Below are positions 30,743-41,898 of a stretch of 64,000 nucleotides of DNA, one piece after another. The position numbers and the translations under genes are program-made. The notes beneath the pieces were generated by a model. The model made no database searches. It saw nothing but the letters and a program-made list of their open reading frames with translations, and was not told the DNA's origin. Source of the DNA: Nitrospirota bacterium (GTDB taxonomy: Bacteria > Nitrospirota > UBA9217); NCBI GenBank assembly GCA_963845065.1, contig CAWJQQ010000001.1, forward strand, positions 480,001 to 544,000. The letters run 5' to 3'. Positions within the stretch are counted from its first letter, which is position 1, and each line of letters begins with the position of its first letter.

Positions 30743-30976
30743 ATGGGTATTTTATGGGTAGATACTGAAATTGCCGAATAAATTGTGCTATGTTATCAAC
30801 AATGGAAACACCAACAGTTTAGGGAGAATCGCTCAGTGTTAACTTTTAACGGCATTCTTCACTTTGTTGGCCATACCTGAACGCAATTTGTCGACAATAA
30901 ATGATCTCAAATGGCCGCAGATGACCGTCCTCGCGATAGAACATCGTTCGCAATTTTACCCGTTTCTTAAATATTC

Positions 30977-31258
30977 CTACAGCTGCGGTAGTTTCAAAAC
31001 CATCCCTTCCCCGAGCGTCAGGTCATCAATATGCCCGGCAACCTTGCTTACGTGCGACACATATGAATCATGTTCTTTATTTCCGAGCCTTTCTTGATTG
31101 TGGGAGCGTACTCTGCGATGAACATGCCAACGTGGGTGGTCGGAATAGAATTTAATGATATCGACGGGCTCATTCTTTGCGATAAAGTGCGCCTTTGATT
31201 TGACGAACAGCTTTTTCATAATGGGTTTCCCTTCGTGCGATCGACATTGATGTGCCAT
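30977..31258 (-). CDS. Short hypothetical ORF or gene remnant
   Basis: 93-aa ORF with no family recognised. Confidence 0.25.
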   Translation of the reverse strand: MAHQCRSHEGKPIMKKLFVKSKAHFIAKNEPVDIIKFYSDHPRWHVHRRVRSHNQERLGNKEHDSYVSHVSKVAGHIDDLTLGEGMVLKLPQL

Positions 31259-31434
31259 TTGATCGCCACTGGCGTCCCTGCGAGCGGGAACGGGAAAGGC
31301 TTCGTTACATCGCTTCTTGCTGATTGCGCCTGTTCTTTGGCGAATTGCTGTAGATCAACGTAACCCTTTACCGGAGCGGGAACGGGAACGTCTTTCCATT
31401 GCGATTGTACCGACCAGACAAAAAAAGATTATAT

Positions 31435-31673
31435 CGTGCTTGGATAAAATCCAGCTTCTCTTGTTCGACATTATTATGCCGAAGAAAACCGGGCAAGAGG
31501 CCTATGATGAAATCAAGGCCATGACGCCTGGGGTAAAAATACTTTTTGTGAGCGGGTATGCCCCTGACATGGTCCGTCAAAGGGTGTTGATTGATGACGG
31601 TATGCCAGTGATCAACAAAGCCATTTCTCCGACAGAACTATTGAAGCAGGTTAGGAAGACGTTGAACAGGTGA
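31435..31673 (+). pseudogene. C-terminal half of a receiver domain (hybrid-kinase remnant)
   Basis: DKIQLLLFDIIMPKKTGQEAYDEIKAMTPGVKILFVSGY. The N-terminal acidic pocket is missing. Confidence 0.75.
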
Positions 31674-31798
31674 AATTGCACTGACACACATGAACAAAAA
31701 TATAAACCATGCTTTACTTAATTTGGCTTCAAGACAACTTCATATAATCGAGGGTTTCGTGAGGCTGTGCAATCTATTGTTTTATCTAGAAATCACGC

Positions 31799-31825
31799 TA
31801 TAGTTTCGGCCAAAGTTTCCGATAA
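31799..31825 (+). promoter_or_regulatory. Sigma28 (FliA)-like promoter
   Basis: TATAGTTT-N11-TCCGATAA versus consensus TAAAGTTT-N11-GCCGATAA (7/8 and 7/8). Confidence 0.6.
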
Positions 31826-32428
31826 GATAGATGGATGAGAATGCGTTATTAAGGAATGAAGGAAATAACATGTCTCAAATGCAATTTCTGGCGTTGATTC
31901 GGGGCAACCTATTTTGTCAATCTCAGCAAGTGTTTTCTCAGCGACCTGAAACAATGGGTGTTGTTCCACAACTCCAGGGTGTTGCTGTATCAATCTCGAC
32001 TCAAGCCAAGTTCGCAGCTAAACATCAGCATCATACTTGCAATGTAGAGAAATAAAAGCGGCATTTCAATCAGAAGACTCAAGCTAAAAGAAGTAATGTT
32101 CAAAAATAAATGCGATTCTTGTATTGAGCACATCGGTCTTATGGTGTGCTTATTTTGCTTTAAATCTCAAGAGCGATACCTAGGATCCTTGGCATGGGCA
32201 ATCGTGCCATTGAAGTAGGCCTTACCCTGCTAATGGAAACGAACTACAAGGCGCGCTTAAAAACGTAAATCCTCGTGTGGAAGGATCTCTCGTATATCAT
32301 CGAAGAAGCCATCCGTGTCGGCTGTCAGCAGGCAAAGGCCATGAACAGTGAGCCTTGTAAGCTCCGGTTCCTGAAAAATTATATTACTGGTGACGGCTTG
32401 AGGATAAGCGGAAAGGTATGGAGAGAAT

Positions 32429-33397
32429 ATGTTGAAAAGCTTACATAAATCATCGTGCTTGGCCGCAGTTCTTTTTTTCATCGCAACTCTGTTGTCGGTT
32501 AATGCCTGGGCAGGGAAACGAATTGGATTTCTGATGTTTAGCGACGAGACCCGCTACCTAGAAGCGGCCAAAGGAATCAAAGATAAACTTTCCGAAGCGG
32601 GCTATACAAAATCGAATACGTATTACATCATCGAGAACGCTGGCGCCAATAAGGCAAAGGTTGTTGAGCTGACGCAGAAATTCGCAAGTGAAAAGTTAAA
32701 TTTAATCATTGCCCTAGGCACGTCTTCCACTGTGATCGTGGCCAAGGAAATCAAGGATGTACCGATTGTCTTCAGTGTCGTATATGACCCCGTGGAAGCT
32801 GGAATAGCTAAATCTTGGAAAAGTTCAGGCAACAACACAACAGGTACCTCTACCCAAGTCCCCATGATAAAGGTTCTGGACAGCCTGAAATTGTTGCGGC
32901 CGGTACAGAGACTCGCAGTGCTCTATACGGCCGGTGAGAAGAATTCCGAGTTTAATCTTAGAGATTTGCAAAATATTCAAGCGAAAGCCGGGATCAAGAT
33001 CATTCCAGTGCTCATCACCGCCGATGAAGACATTGACCAGCTTCTCCCGGAAGTGATGGACACAGTAGACGGAGTCTACATTACCGGAAGCAATCTGGTG
33101 AACAGCCGGATTGCGACAATTGTTGACTTGGCGAACAAGGCCGGGGTAGTGACCGTTTCCCACCTTGAGGACTTGATCGAGAAGGGAGTCCTGATGGGCG
33201 TGTGTGCCGATTCCTATGCCGTGGGCCGGCTTGCCGGTGAGAAGGCTGTGAAGATACTTCATGGCGCCAAACCTTCCTCGCTTTCCGTCGACGTACTAAC
33301 AAAATTTGATGTGATTCTCAATATGAAGACGGTGAGGGAGGGACAGTTCCCGATCCCGTCTGAATTCATGAGAACGGTGACAAAAAAGATCGAATAG
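32429..33397 (+). CDS. ABC-type substrate-binding protein (ABC_sub_bind family), probable sensory partner of the adjacent kinase
   Basis: Signal peptide; PIVFSVVYDPVEAG, GNNTTG and KILHGAKPSSL motifs. No permease or ATPase nearby. Confidence 0.88.
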   Translation: MLKSLHKSSCLAAVLFFIATLLSVNAWAGKRIGFLMFSDETRYLEAAKGIKDKLSEAGYTKSNTYYIIENAGANKAKVVELTQKFASEKLNLIIALGTSSTVIVAKEIKDVPIVFSVVYDPVEAGIAKSWKSSGNNTTGTSTQVPMIKVLDSLKLLRPVQRLAVLYTAGEKNSEFNLRDLQNIQAKAGIKIIPVLITADEDIDQLLPEVMDTVDGVYITGSNLVNSRIATIVDLANKAGVVTVSHLEDLIEKGVLMGVCADSYAVGRLAGEKAVKILHGAKPSSLSVDVLTKFDVILNMKTVREGQFPIPSEFMRTVTKKIE

Positions 33398-33427
33398 CAG
33401 ACGGAGATCAGGCCGCGGCCGGGGAAA

Positions 33428-36400
33428 ATGTTGACCATGGTGGCAAAGCGTGAGCATAAAAGCATACGGTACAGATTCCTCAAGGAACTGTCGGGCATCC
33501 TTTTAATAAGCACCGCTGTTCTAAGTATGGTCGTCGCGGTAAACGAGGGAAGGATACTCAATCGGTCCCTCGTCACAAAGGGTAGAAGTTTCGCATCCTA
33601 CATAGCCAAACTCAGCGGGGATCCTTTGGTCATGAAGGACGCCATTCAGCTTGATTCCATCGTCAGCGATGCGAGTAAAGATGAAGACATCCTGTATGCC
33701 GTGATCTACGATGCCAAAGGTAACCTCACTACCTCCCAATTTTCCAGTATCAATTACCGGTCACCGCGAGTTAAGGACATCCTGACGGGCCTTCCGAAAG
33801 AAAGTGAACTTCAGGACATTATTAATGCCATCAATAAGCGAGAGGCGGTAACCGAAGTTTCCGTGCCTATTTTATCGGGCCCGTACAAGATTGGCGAAGT
33901 GACGATTTGCTTATCACAGTATACCATCCACCGGCAGATCCTGAACATCGTGTTTTTTATACTCGCGCTCAACATTGTCGTGGCTATCATCCTCGGCTAT
34001 GTTGTATTTTCCGCATCGCGAAAGGTTCTTTTCGAACCGCTGGCCGAACTTGCCGGCGCAGCGGCTCGTCTTGCAAAAGGCGATCTCTCGGCCCGGATTA
34101 CGATACAGGCCGCCGACGAATTGCAGGCACTGTTTGATAATTTCAATCACATGGCCGGAGACCTTGACAAAACTACCGTGTCCAAGACATACATGGATAA
34201 CATCATAGAGGGAATGATCAACACATTGATCGTTGTCAATCAAGAAGATAAGATTATAAGGGCCAATGCCGCGGCTTGCAGCCTGTTGGATTACCGCGAA
34301 GAGGAACTGAAAGGTAACCCAATTGACATGATCCTTGCCAGTAACGGATCGGCTAAATATTCACGGGTGGAGACACTGCCCGTGGATAAACATATGAGCA
34401 TGCTTGAGGCATCCTACAGGGCAAAGGGCGGTCAAATGATACCTGTGCTGTTATCGGCGTCTGTCATGTATGATAAGTATAACATTCACCAGGGTGCAGT
34501 TTACATTGCCCAGGATTTCACTAAGCGGAAACTAGCTGAGGAGGCCCTCTTAGAAAGCGAGGCGCGTGTTCGTGAAGTGAATCAACGTTTCAAGCTTGCA
34601 GCGGAATCAGCGGGTATCGGTGTTTGGGATTATGACTTGTACGAAAAGAAAGTACTGTGGGATGAACAAATGAAGCGATTATACGGTTTTAGCAATCATT
34701 CACCTGAAATGACATATGACGATTGGCTGCTGACCATATATCCCGAGGATCGAGATAAAGTGCATCTTGCCATGCATCAGGCACTCCAGGGTCATGTAAC
34801 CTATGAAACGGAATATCGCATTTTATGGCCGAATAATGAAGTCCATAATCTGAAGGCGATCGGCAGGGTATCGCGCGATGAATCGGGTTATCCGGTGCGA
34901 ATGACTGGGATCAACTATGACATCACTGACCGGATTCGTATAGAAGAAACCCTGCGAGAGAGTGAAAAAAAATATCACAACATATTTGACTCTTTCGTGG
35001 ATCTTTATTATCAGACCGATCTGCAAGGTACGATCATTACTGTTTCCCCGTCTGTTCAGCTCCTGGCTGGATATACTCCGGAGGAGTTGATCGGGCAGAA
35101 TGTGGCACCTATTTACGCGGAAGTGGCGGATCAACAACAGCTTTTCAAGGGCCTTATGGCACGTGGCAAGGTTAATGACTTCGAAACAACTCTGCGCAAG
35201 AAAGATGGCACACTCGTGCCGGTTTCGATCACAAGCCACATTGTACGAGATGATGAAGGACATCCTTATGCCGTCGAAGGGTCAATCCGAGACATTACCG
35301 TGCGCAAAGAGTCCGAAGAGCAGCTGCGCAAGACTTTTAAAGAACTTAAGAGCGTGAATGAAGAACTTGAAACGGCGATTGCTCATTCTAATAAAATGGC
35401 GCGGCAGGCCGAGGCAGCCAATATCGCCAAGAGTACGTTCCTCGCTAATATGAGCCATGAGATACGAACACCTATGAACGGCATCATCGGGATGTCGGGA
35501 CTCTTGCTCGATACTGCTTTGACAAGCGAACAGCGCAGGCATGCAGAGGTCGTGAAGTCCAGCGCGGACGGTTTGCTGGTACTGATCAACGACATACTCG
35601 ATTATTCAAAAATCGAAGCCGGTAAGCTTCAAATTGACTCTATCGACTTTGATCTGCGCTCCACGGTCGACGATTTTGCTGCCGTTCTCGCTGTTCGTTC
35701 GAGAGAGAAAGGGTTGGAATTCGTCTGTACCGTCCCTCCTGATGTTCCTACGTATCTTCGCGGAGATCCAGGACGTTTGCGCCAAGTGCTTGTCAATCTG
35801 GCGGGAAACGCGATCAAGTTTACCTCAAAAGGCGAGGTTGTGGTATGCGTGGAACTTGTCTCAGAGACCAGTGAATATACCATGTTGAGATTTGTTGTGC
35901 GCGACACCGGCATTGGGATTCCTAAAGACAAGTTATCCATGCTCTTCAAGAGTTTTTCGCAGGTCGATTCCTCAATCACGCGAAAGTATGGTGGTACCGG
36001 ACTGGGCCTCGCAATATCTAAGCAACTTGTCAGTCTGATGGGCGGCGAGGTAGGGGTGCACAGCACGGAGGGGGCAGGCTCGGAATTCTGGTTTACGGCA
36101 CGACTTGACAAGCCCCTAACACCCCCAATAAAGGAGATTGAACTTGCCGAAGTTCAAAATGCGCGCATACTCATCGTGGATGATAATGAAGCAAGCAGAC
36201 AAAAGCTTACAGCATTGTTCAGGTCGTGGAAAGCAAGGTCGGCAGAAGCGGAAGACGGCCTATCCGCACTAGACGCATTGTTGCAGGCAGAACAGATCGG
36301 AGATCCTTTCCAAGCCGCTATCCTGGACAAACAAATGCCGGGCATGGATGGGGTAACGCTAGCCCAGACCATAAAATCGGACGTAAGAATAAAAAATACC

Positions 36401-37417
36401 CGGCTGGTGCTGATGACCGATCTGGGACAACTAGGTGAAGGTAAACGTATGGAAGAGATAGGCGTGGCCGCATATTTAACCAAGCCGGTACGACAGAGCG
36501 ACTTGTACGCCTGCTTGGCTGTTGTTCTGGCTGGAACCGCGTCAAAAAAGCCAGTACACCCTCTTGTAACAAAGCATTTTATTTCCGAAATAAGACGGAC
36601 CAATTTACGCATACTGCTTGCTGAGGACAACGAAGTCAACCAAAAGGTCGCTCTGGGCCTTCTAAAGAAACATGGTTTTAAGGCGGATGTCGCAAATAAT
36701 GGGTCCGAAGCAGTGAATGCACTCATAACCAGGGACTACGATCTTGTGTTCATGGACGTGCAGATGCCGGTCTTGGACGGTTTTGAGGCCACGAGCCGGA
36801 TCCGCGATCTTAATTCCGGGGTGCGAAACCCGACCGTACCAATCATTGCGATGACAGCAAATGCCATGCAGGGCGACCGCGAAGCATGCCTGAATGCTGG
36901 GATGGATGATTATATCTCAAAGCCAGTGACGGCTGAAACACTGAGTCAGGTGCTCCAGAAATGGGCATTTCGCTCCAAAAAGCAAGAAGAGACACCTGTT
37001 GCCATTGACATAGCAGTAAGTGCTTCCAAGCCAGAGAAGACCGTAGCCGCCGTGTTCGACCGCGTGGGTTTAATGGACCGTCTCATGGATGATGAGGATC
37101 TCGTGCAAACGGTCATCAATGGCTATTTGCAGACAATACCCATAAGGCTCAGCGCACTTGAGTCTGCTATAAATAATCAAGATGCTAAAGTCGCAGAGCG
37201 TGAGGTGCATACCATAAAAGGGATAGCTGCAAATGTGGGTGGTGAAGCATTACGGCAGATCTCATATGAATTGGAAAAGACATGCCGCTCAGGCGATTTA
37301 AATACCGTAGCGTCAAGGCTCGTGGAGTTGAAAGAGCAAGTAAGTATATTAGACGATGCAATTATGTCAACGTTGCCCAGAACAGCATATAGAGGAGAAC
37401 TACAAATAAAAACTTGA
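33428..37417 (+). CDS. Hybrid sensor kinase: 2TM-HAMP-3xPAS-HisKA-HATPase-2xREC-Hpt
   Basis: FLANMSHEIRTPMNG, GGTGLGL, LDKQMP, MDVQMP and HTIKG motifs. Confidence 0.95.
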   Translation: MLTMVAKREHKSIRYRFLKELSGILLISTAVLSMVVAVNEGRILNRSLVTKGRSFASYIAKLSGDPLVMKDAIQLDSIVSDASKDEDILYAVIYDAKGNLTTSQFSSINYRSPRVKDILTGLPKESELQDIINAINKREAVTEVSVPILSGPYKIGEVTICLSQYTIHRQILNIVFFILALNIVVAIILGYVVFSASRKVLFEPLAELAGAAARLAKGDLSARITIQAADELQALFDNFNHMAGDLDKTTVSKTYMDNIIEGMINTLIVVNQEDKIIRANAAACSLLDYREEELKGNPIDMILASNGSAKYSRVETLPVDKHMSMLEASYRAKGGQMIPVLLSASVMYDKYNIHQGAVYIAQDFTKRKLAEEALLESEARVREVNQRFKLAAESAGIGVWDYDLYEKKVLWDEQMKRLYGFSNHSPEMTYDDWLLTIYPEDRDKVHLAMHQALQGHVTYETEYRILWPNNEVHNLKAIGRVSRDESGYPVRMTGINYDITDRIRIEETLRESEKKYHNIFDSFVDLYYQTDLQGTIITVSPSVQLLAGYTPEELIGQNVAPIYAEVADQQQLFKGLMARGKVNDFETTLRKKDGTLVPVSITSHIVRDDEGHPYAVEGSIRDITVRKESEEQLRKTFKELKSVNEELETAIAHSNKMARQAEAANIAKSTFLANMSHEIRTPMNGIIGMSGLLLDTALTSEQRRHAEVVKSSADGLLVLINDILDYSKIEAGKLQIDSIDFDLRSTVDDFAAVLAVRSREKGLEFVCTVPPDVPTYLRGDPGRLRQVLVNLAGNAIKFTSKGEVVVCVELVSETSEYTMLRFVVRDTGIGIPKDKLSMLFKSFSQVDSSITRKYGGTGLGLAISKQLVSLMGGEVGVHSTEGAGSEFWFTARLDKPLTPPIKEIELAEVQNARILIVDDNEASRQKLTALFRSWKARSAEAEDGLSALDALLQAEQIGDPFQAAILDKQMPGMDGVTLAQTIKSDVRIKNTRLVLMTDLGQLGEGKRMEEIGVAAYLTKPVRQSDLYACLAVVLAGTASKKPVHPLVTKHFISEIRRTNLRILLAEDNEVNQKVALGLLKKHGFKADVANNGSEAVNALITRDYDLVFMDVQMPVLDGFEATSRIRDLNSGVRNPTVPIIAMTANAMQGDREACLNAGMDDYISKPVTAETLSQVLQKWAFRSKKQEETPVAIDIAVSASKPEKTVAAVFDRVGLMDRLMDDEDLVQTVINGYLQTIPIRLSALESAINNQDAKVAEREVHTIKGIAANVGGEALRQISYELEKTCRSGDLNTVASRLVELKEQVSILDDAIMSTLPRTAYRGELQIKT

Positions 37418-37750
37418 TGTTGAAGAGGGCTTTGCCGAGCACATTACTGCACTTAGAACTATTTTGAAACAATACGAGACAACGTACAGTATAGTGAACA
37501 ACAGTGAAGCAGTCGAAGCGGTGCGGGACGTATTGGATCGTCGTGAGTACTGCGATCTCATCTGAAAGGACATTATGATGACGGAAATGGATGGTAAAAA
37601 AACGCTGAAAAGATCCGAGAGTCGGATGAGGCGAAAGATCTTATCTTTATCAGCAGTGATAAAAACGTCATTATCAAGATTATTAGCAATGTAAAGAATA
37701 GCGTCGCTCTGGTTAAGGCTGTCGACATAGCAATACTGCTGGAGTATTTA
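37405..37750 (+). pseudogene. Degenerate single-domain (CheY-like) response regulator
   Basis: Own translation: ILKQYETTYSIVNNSEAVEAVRDVLDRREYCDLI*KDIMMTEMDGKKTLK, with a stop and frameshifts. Confidence 0.75.
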
Positions 37751-38742
37751 TGAACATTGTGGGAGATCCTGAGATGTGTGGACCATTAGAAGGGCCAGAG
37801 AGACAGAAGGTGCTCGTTGCTGAGGATGAGCCGACTTCGCGCATTGTTTTGAAGACTGTCCTTGAGCAAAATGGGTACGAAGTTATAGAGGCATACGATG
37901 GTATTGAAGCATTGAATATGCTTCAACAACCAGGCGCGCCAAAGCTGGTCTTGCTGGACTGGTTGATGCCTGGTCTGGATGGGATTGAAGTGTGTCGCCG
38001 CGTACGCGCTGCGAATCATTCTGATTTGCCTTATGTCATCATGGTGACAGCAAAAGGGGAGACACAAGATATTGTCGTCGGTCTTGATGCTGGCGCCAAT
38101 GACTACATAGTCAAACCCTACAATGTTAATGAATTGCGTGCTCGCCTCAATGTCGGGTGTCGAGTAGTGAAACTCCAAGCCGAACTTCATGGGACACTGG
38201 AAAATATGGAGAAATTGGCATTCACCGATCAGCTCACAATGATCGCAAATCGGAGGGCAATTCAAGGTATTTTAGAACGTGAGATGGCGAGGTCCATGCG
38301 ATCCGGTAAGTCGCTGTGCATATCGATGCTCGATCTGGATAATTTTAAAATAGTGAATGACGAGTGTGGTCATCAGATAGAGGATGCCGTGCTCAAAGAA
38401 TGTGCCTATCGTATCAAATCGGTTTTGCGGCCCTACGATACTATCGGTAGGATTGGTGGCGAGGAATTCTTGATCATTGTTGTTGAATCATCCGGTTGCG
38501 TGATGAGCATATTTGAGAGAGTCCGACGCGTTGCTGTGGATACACCATTTGTGGCAGGGACCGTTTCAAGAACGATAACTGCAAGTCAAGGAATTGCTAC
38601 CTGGAACAGAATTGACAGCATGGATGACTTAATCAGAAAAGCTGATGATGCGTTGTATCGGGCAAAAAAAGACGGGCGCAATCGGATAATGCATTTTGAT
38701 GATCTAGAGCACGGCGTTGACGGAATGAAGCATCCCAAATAG
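37750..38742 (+). CDS. REC-GGDEF diguanylate cyclase (WspR/PleD-like)
   Basis: LLDWLMPG receiver, RPYD I-site and GGEEF active site. Confidence 0.92.
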   Translation: MNIVGDPEMCGPLEGPERQKVLVAEDEPTSRIVLKTVLEQNGYEVIEAYDGIEALNMLQQPGAPKLVLLDWLMPGLDGIEVCRRVRAANHSDLPYVIMVTAKGETQDIVVGLDAGANDYIVKPYNVNELRARLNVGCRVVKLQAELHGTLENMEKLAFTDQLTMIANRRAIQGILEREMARSMRSGKSLCISMLDLDNFKIVNDECGHQIEDAVLKECAYRIKSVLRPYDTIGRIGGEEFLIIVVESSGCVMSIFERVRRVAVDTPFVAGTVSRTITASQGIATWNRIDSMDDLIRKADDALYRAKKDGRNRIMHFDDLEHGVDGMKHPK

Positions 38743-38787
38743 TCAATGTTAAGCCTGTCGACAAAGAAAAAAACTGCTGGAGAATTT

Positions 38788-41508
38788 ATGAACATTGTAG
38801 CTGATCCCGTGTTGAGCGGACTCTTAGAAGGGGCAGAGAGACAGAAGGTGCTCGTTGCTGAGGATGAGCTGACTTCACGTATCGTTTTGAAGACTGTCCT
38901 TGAACAAAATGGGTACGAAGTAATAGAAGCATACGATGGTATTGAAGCATGGGATATGCTTCAACAACCAGGTGCGCCGAAGCTGGTTTTGCTGGACTGG
39001 CTGATGCCAGGTCTGGACGGGATTGAAGTGTGTCGCCGAGTGCGAGCTGCAAATCACTCTGAATTGCCTTATATCATCATGTTGACGGTAAAAGGGGAGA
39101 AGCAGGATATCGTAGACGGTCTCGATGCGGGTGCTAATGACTATATAGCCAAACCCTACGATGTGAATGAATTGCATGCCCGCCTCAATGTTGGGCGTCG
39201 CGTAGTGAAACTCCAGAGCGAGCTTTATGGAACACTGGCAAATTTGGAAAAATTGTCGGCCGTCGTTGCGAGCTCGGAAGATGCGATCATCAGTAAAGAT
39301 CTGGCCGGTATTATTCAGACATGGAATGTTGGGGCAGAGAAGGTATTCGGTTATTCGGCGGAGGAAGCGATAAGCAAAAACATATCTCTTCTTGTCCCAC
39401 CTGGTCATACCGACGAAGTGCCCGACGTTCTGAGACGGATGTCACAGGGCGAGCGTATAGAAAATTTCGAGACCTTCCGCATGCGGAAAGACGGAACGAT
39501 TATTCCCGTCTCCCTTAACTTCTCCGCTATCAAAGATAAAAGCGGAAAGATGATAGGCGCGTCCAATATCGTGCACGACATCACCGATCGCAAGCGGGCT
39601 GAAGATGCACTTAAAAAGAGCGAACATATGCTGCAGGCGATTATCGATGCGGAGCCAGAATGTGTAAAGCTCATTGACGCGAATGCGAATTTAATAATGG
39701 TGAATCGAGCAGGCTTGTCTATGATTCAGGTAGATTCTTTAGAGCAAGTTAGAGGGCAATGTTTTTGCTCCATGATCGCATACGAGTATCAGGACGCTTT
39801 TATGGATCTAACGAATCGAATTTTCAAAGGTGACCCAGGGACCTTGTCTTTCGAGATGATAGGAATAAAGGGTAGGCATTTGTGGCTTGAGACGAATGCT
39901 GTGCCTTTTCGAAATGAAAAGGATGAAATTGTTGCAATGCTTGGCATAACACGTGATATTACTGAGCGCAAACGTGCGGAAGACATGCTGCGGCGGAACG
40001 AGGAAATGGTCAGGAATATTCTTAACAGCGTGGACGAGGGTTTTATTGTTGTTGACCGGGACTATCGCATCCTGTCCGCGAACCGGGCGTACTGCAATCA
40101 GATTGGCCTTCCTCGCGACGAGGTGGTGGGGAAAACTTGTTTTAAGCTATCGCATAAAGTGGACAGACCGTGCTATGAGAAAGGCGAGGAATGCGCCGTC
40201 AGGAATGTTTTTAACACGGGGGAACCGTCTATTGTGTATCATAGCCATCGTAATGCGGATGGAGGTATCCTCCATGTGGAAACAAAGGCGTTCCCACAGA
40301 AAGATGCATCAGGGCACATCACAACAGTGATCGAATCGATCAACAACATCACGGAAAAACACCAGCTGGAGCAAGAGCGCCTCAAGATGCAGAAACTCGA
40401 GGCAGTCGGTACGCTGGCTGGTGGGATTGCCCATGATTTCAACAACTTGCTGCAGGGAGTGTTTGGCTATATCTCGCTGGCCAAACTAACAGCCTATGGG
40501 CGACAAAAAAGCTTGACTGCGCTCGAACAGGCCGAGAAGGCGCTACACATGTCGGTGAACCTGACGAACCAGCTTTTGACGTTCTCGAAGGGCGGCAAAC
40601 CGGTAAAGAAACTAATCGATCTTCGGCCTTTGATCGATAATGCCACGCAGTTCGCTCTGAGCGGTTCACGCTCTGATTACTGTATTGTTGCTGATGACGA
40701 TATCTGGCAGGTAGAGGTGGACGAGGGCCAGATCAGTCAGGTGATCCAGAATCTCGTCTTGAACGCTGATCAAGCCATGCGGAAAGGAGGACGTGTTGAA
40801 ATTACGGCGAGAAAAGTCCACGTCCCTCATGATAACTCGCTGCGGGGGTTGCAGAAAGGGAGATATGTTCAGATTAGCATTAAAGACAGCGGCATCGGGA
40901 TACCTGAACAAAATATTGCCAAGATATTCGACCCTTATTTTACGACCAAGGAAAAAGGCAGCGGTTTGGGCCTTGCGACATCCTATTCCATCATTAAGAA
41001 CCATAGCGGCCTGATTGATGTAAAATCCGAGGTGGACAAAGGGACCATATTCTTCATTTACCTTCCAGCGTTCGCAACGACTGAAAAAACTGAACCTTTG
41101 CAACCAGCGGCAGGAGCCTTACCGGTACGTACTGGTAATGTGCTCATCATGGACGATGATCCAGTTATCCGTGATGTCGCTGGGGAATTGATCAAGGCAC
41201 TGGGGCATGAGGTGGAATTCTCGGCGCATGGAGAAGAGACAATCGAAAAGTATCGGATGGCGAAACAATCGGAAAGGCCATTTGATCTGGTCATTCTAGA
41301 CTTGACGATCCGCGGAGGGATGGGCGGCGCAGAGACGATGAGGAAGCTCATGGAAATCGATCCCAGGGTGAAGGCTATTGTGTCGAGCGGTTACTCTGAT
41401 GATGACATCGTATCGAACCATCAAAAACAGGGCTTCAAGGCGTTCCTCAAGAAACCCTACAATGTAGAAAAGCTACAAGAGGTATTGAACAAGGTGATTA
41501 ACTCTTAA
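38788..41508 (+). CDS. Hybrid histidine kinase REC-3xPAS-HisKA-HATPase-REC (CckA-like core)
   Basis: GGIAHDFNNLL and FTTKEKGSGLGL motifs, terminal receiver. GGAG RBS before MNIVAD. Confidence 0.93.
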   Translation: MNIVADPVLSGLLEGAERQKVLVAEDELTSRIVLKTVLEQNGYEVIEAYDGIEAWDMLQQPGAPKLVLLDWLMPGLDGIEVCRRVRAANHSELPYIIMLTVKGEKQDIVDGLDAGANDYIAKPYDVNELHARLNVGRRVVKLQSELYGTLANLEKLSAVVASSEDAIISKDLAGIIQTWNVGAEKVFGYSAEEAISKNISLLVPPGHTDEVPDVLRRMSQGERIENFETFRMRKDGTIIPVSLNFSAIKDKSGKMIGASNIVHDITDRKRAEDALKKSEHMLQAIIDAEPECVKLIDANANLIMVNRAGLSMIQVDSLEQVRGQCFCSMIAYEYQDAFMDLTNRIFKGDPGTLSFEMIGIKGRHLWLETNAVPFRNEKDEIVAMLGITRDITERKRAEDMLRRNEEMVRNILNSVDEGFIVVDRDYRILSANRAYCNQIGLPRDEVVGKTCFKLSHKVDRPCYEKGEECAVRNVFNTGEPSIVYHSHRNADGGILHVETKAFPQKDASGHITTVIESINNITEKHQLEQERLKMQKLEAVGTLAGGIAHDFNNLLQGVFGYISLAKLTAYGRQKSLTALEQAEKALHMSVNLTNQLLTFSKGGKPVKKLIDLRPLIDNATQFALSGSRSDYCIVADDDIWQVEVDEGQISQVIQNLVLNADQAMRKGGRVEITARKVHVPHDNSLRGLQKGRYVQISIKDSGIGIPEQNIAKIFDPYFTTKEKGSGLGLATSYSIIKNHSGLIDVKSEVDKGTIFFIYLPAFATTEKTEPLQPAAGALPVRTGNVLIMDDDPVIRDVAGELIKALGHEVEFSAHGEETIEKYRMAKQSERPFDLVILDLTIRGGMGGAETMRKLMEIDPRVKAIVSSGYSDDDIVSNHQKQGFKAFLKKPYNVEKLQEVLNKVINS

Positions 41509-41698
41509 CACGAACCACGGAGATTCGCAAGGAACGTGTCATATAAAGTAATTTCTCTTGTGAGGGTGTTTGTTATCTGTATAGTAGAAATGAAATTATT
41601 TATTTCAGAGGGAAACCATATTCTATAGTTTGTGTTCTTCTGGACCAGACATTAGTCAGATTAAATAGCTATTATTATTGTTTTGAAATAATATTAAT

Positions 41699-41898
41699 CC
41701 TGAATCCGGCGTGAAGTTTACGGGATTTCAACCAAGACGCGCTCCATTAAAGGATTTTTTTATATTTTAGGGTACCAAAGGCCTCGGAATTGAACCTAAT
41801 TAAAAAGTAGGTTGGTTTCCGAGTGCCATTTTGCATTTTCGCATAATATTTTGGCCGTCAATTCTTACAATCAATAATAGATTCACGCCGGACCCAGG
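41699..41898. mobile_element. MITE-like element of about 200 bp
   Basis: Inverted repeats CCTGAATCCGGCGTGAA / TTCACGCCGGACCCAGG with TTAA-rich flanks and no ORF. Confidence 0.6.

Noticed and set aside
31274..31392. Repeated GAGCGGGAACGGGAA
   Set aside because: Two short low-complexity copies in decayed coding DNA; no function can be supported.
38360..38400. GHQIED instead of GHxxGD as evidence for an inactive cyclase
   Set aside because: A single substitution with GGEEF and the metal-binding Asp intact; the effect cannot be judged from sequence.
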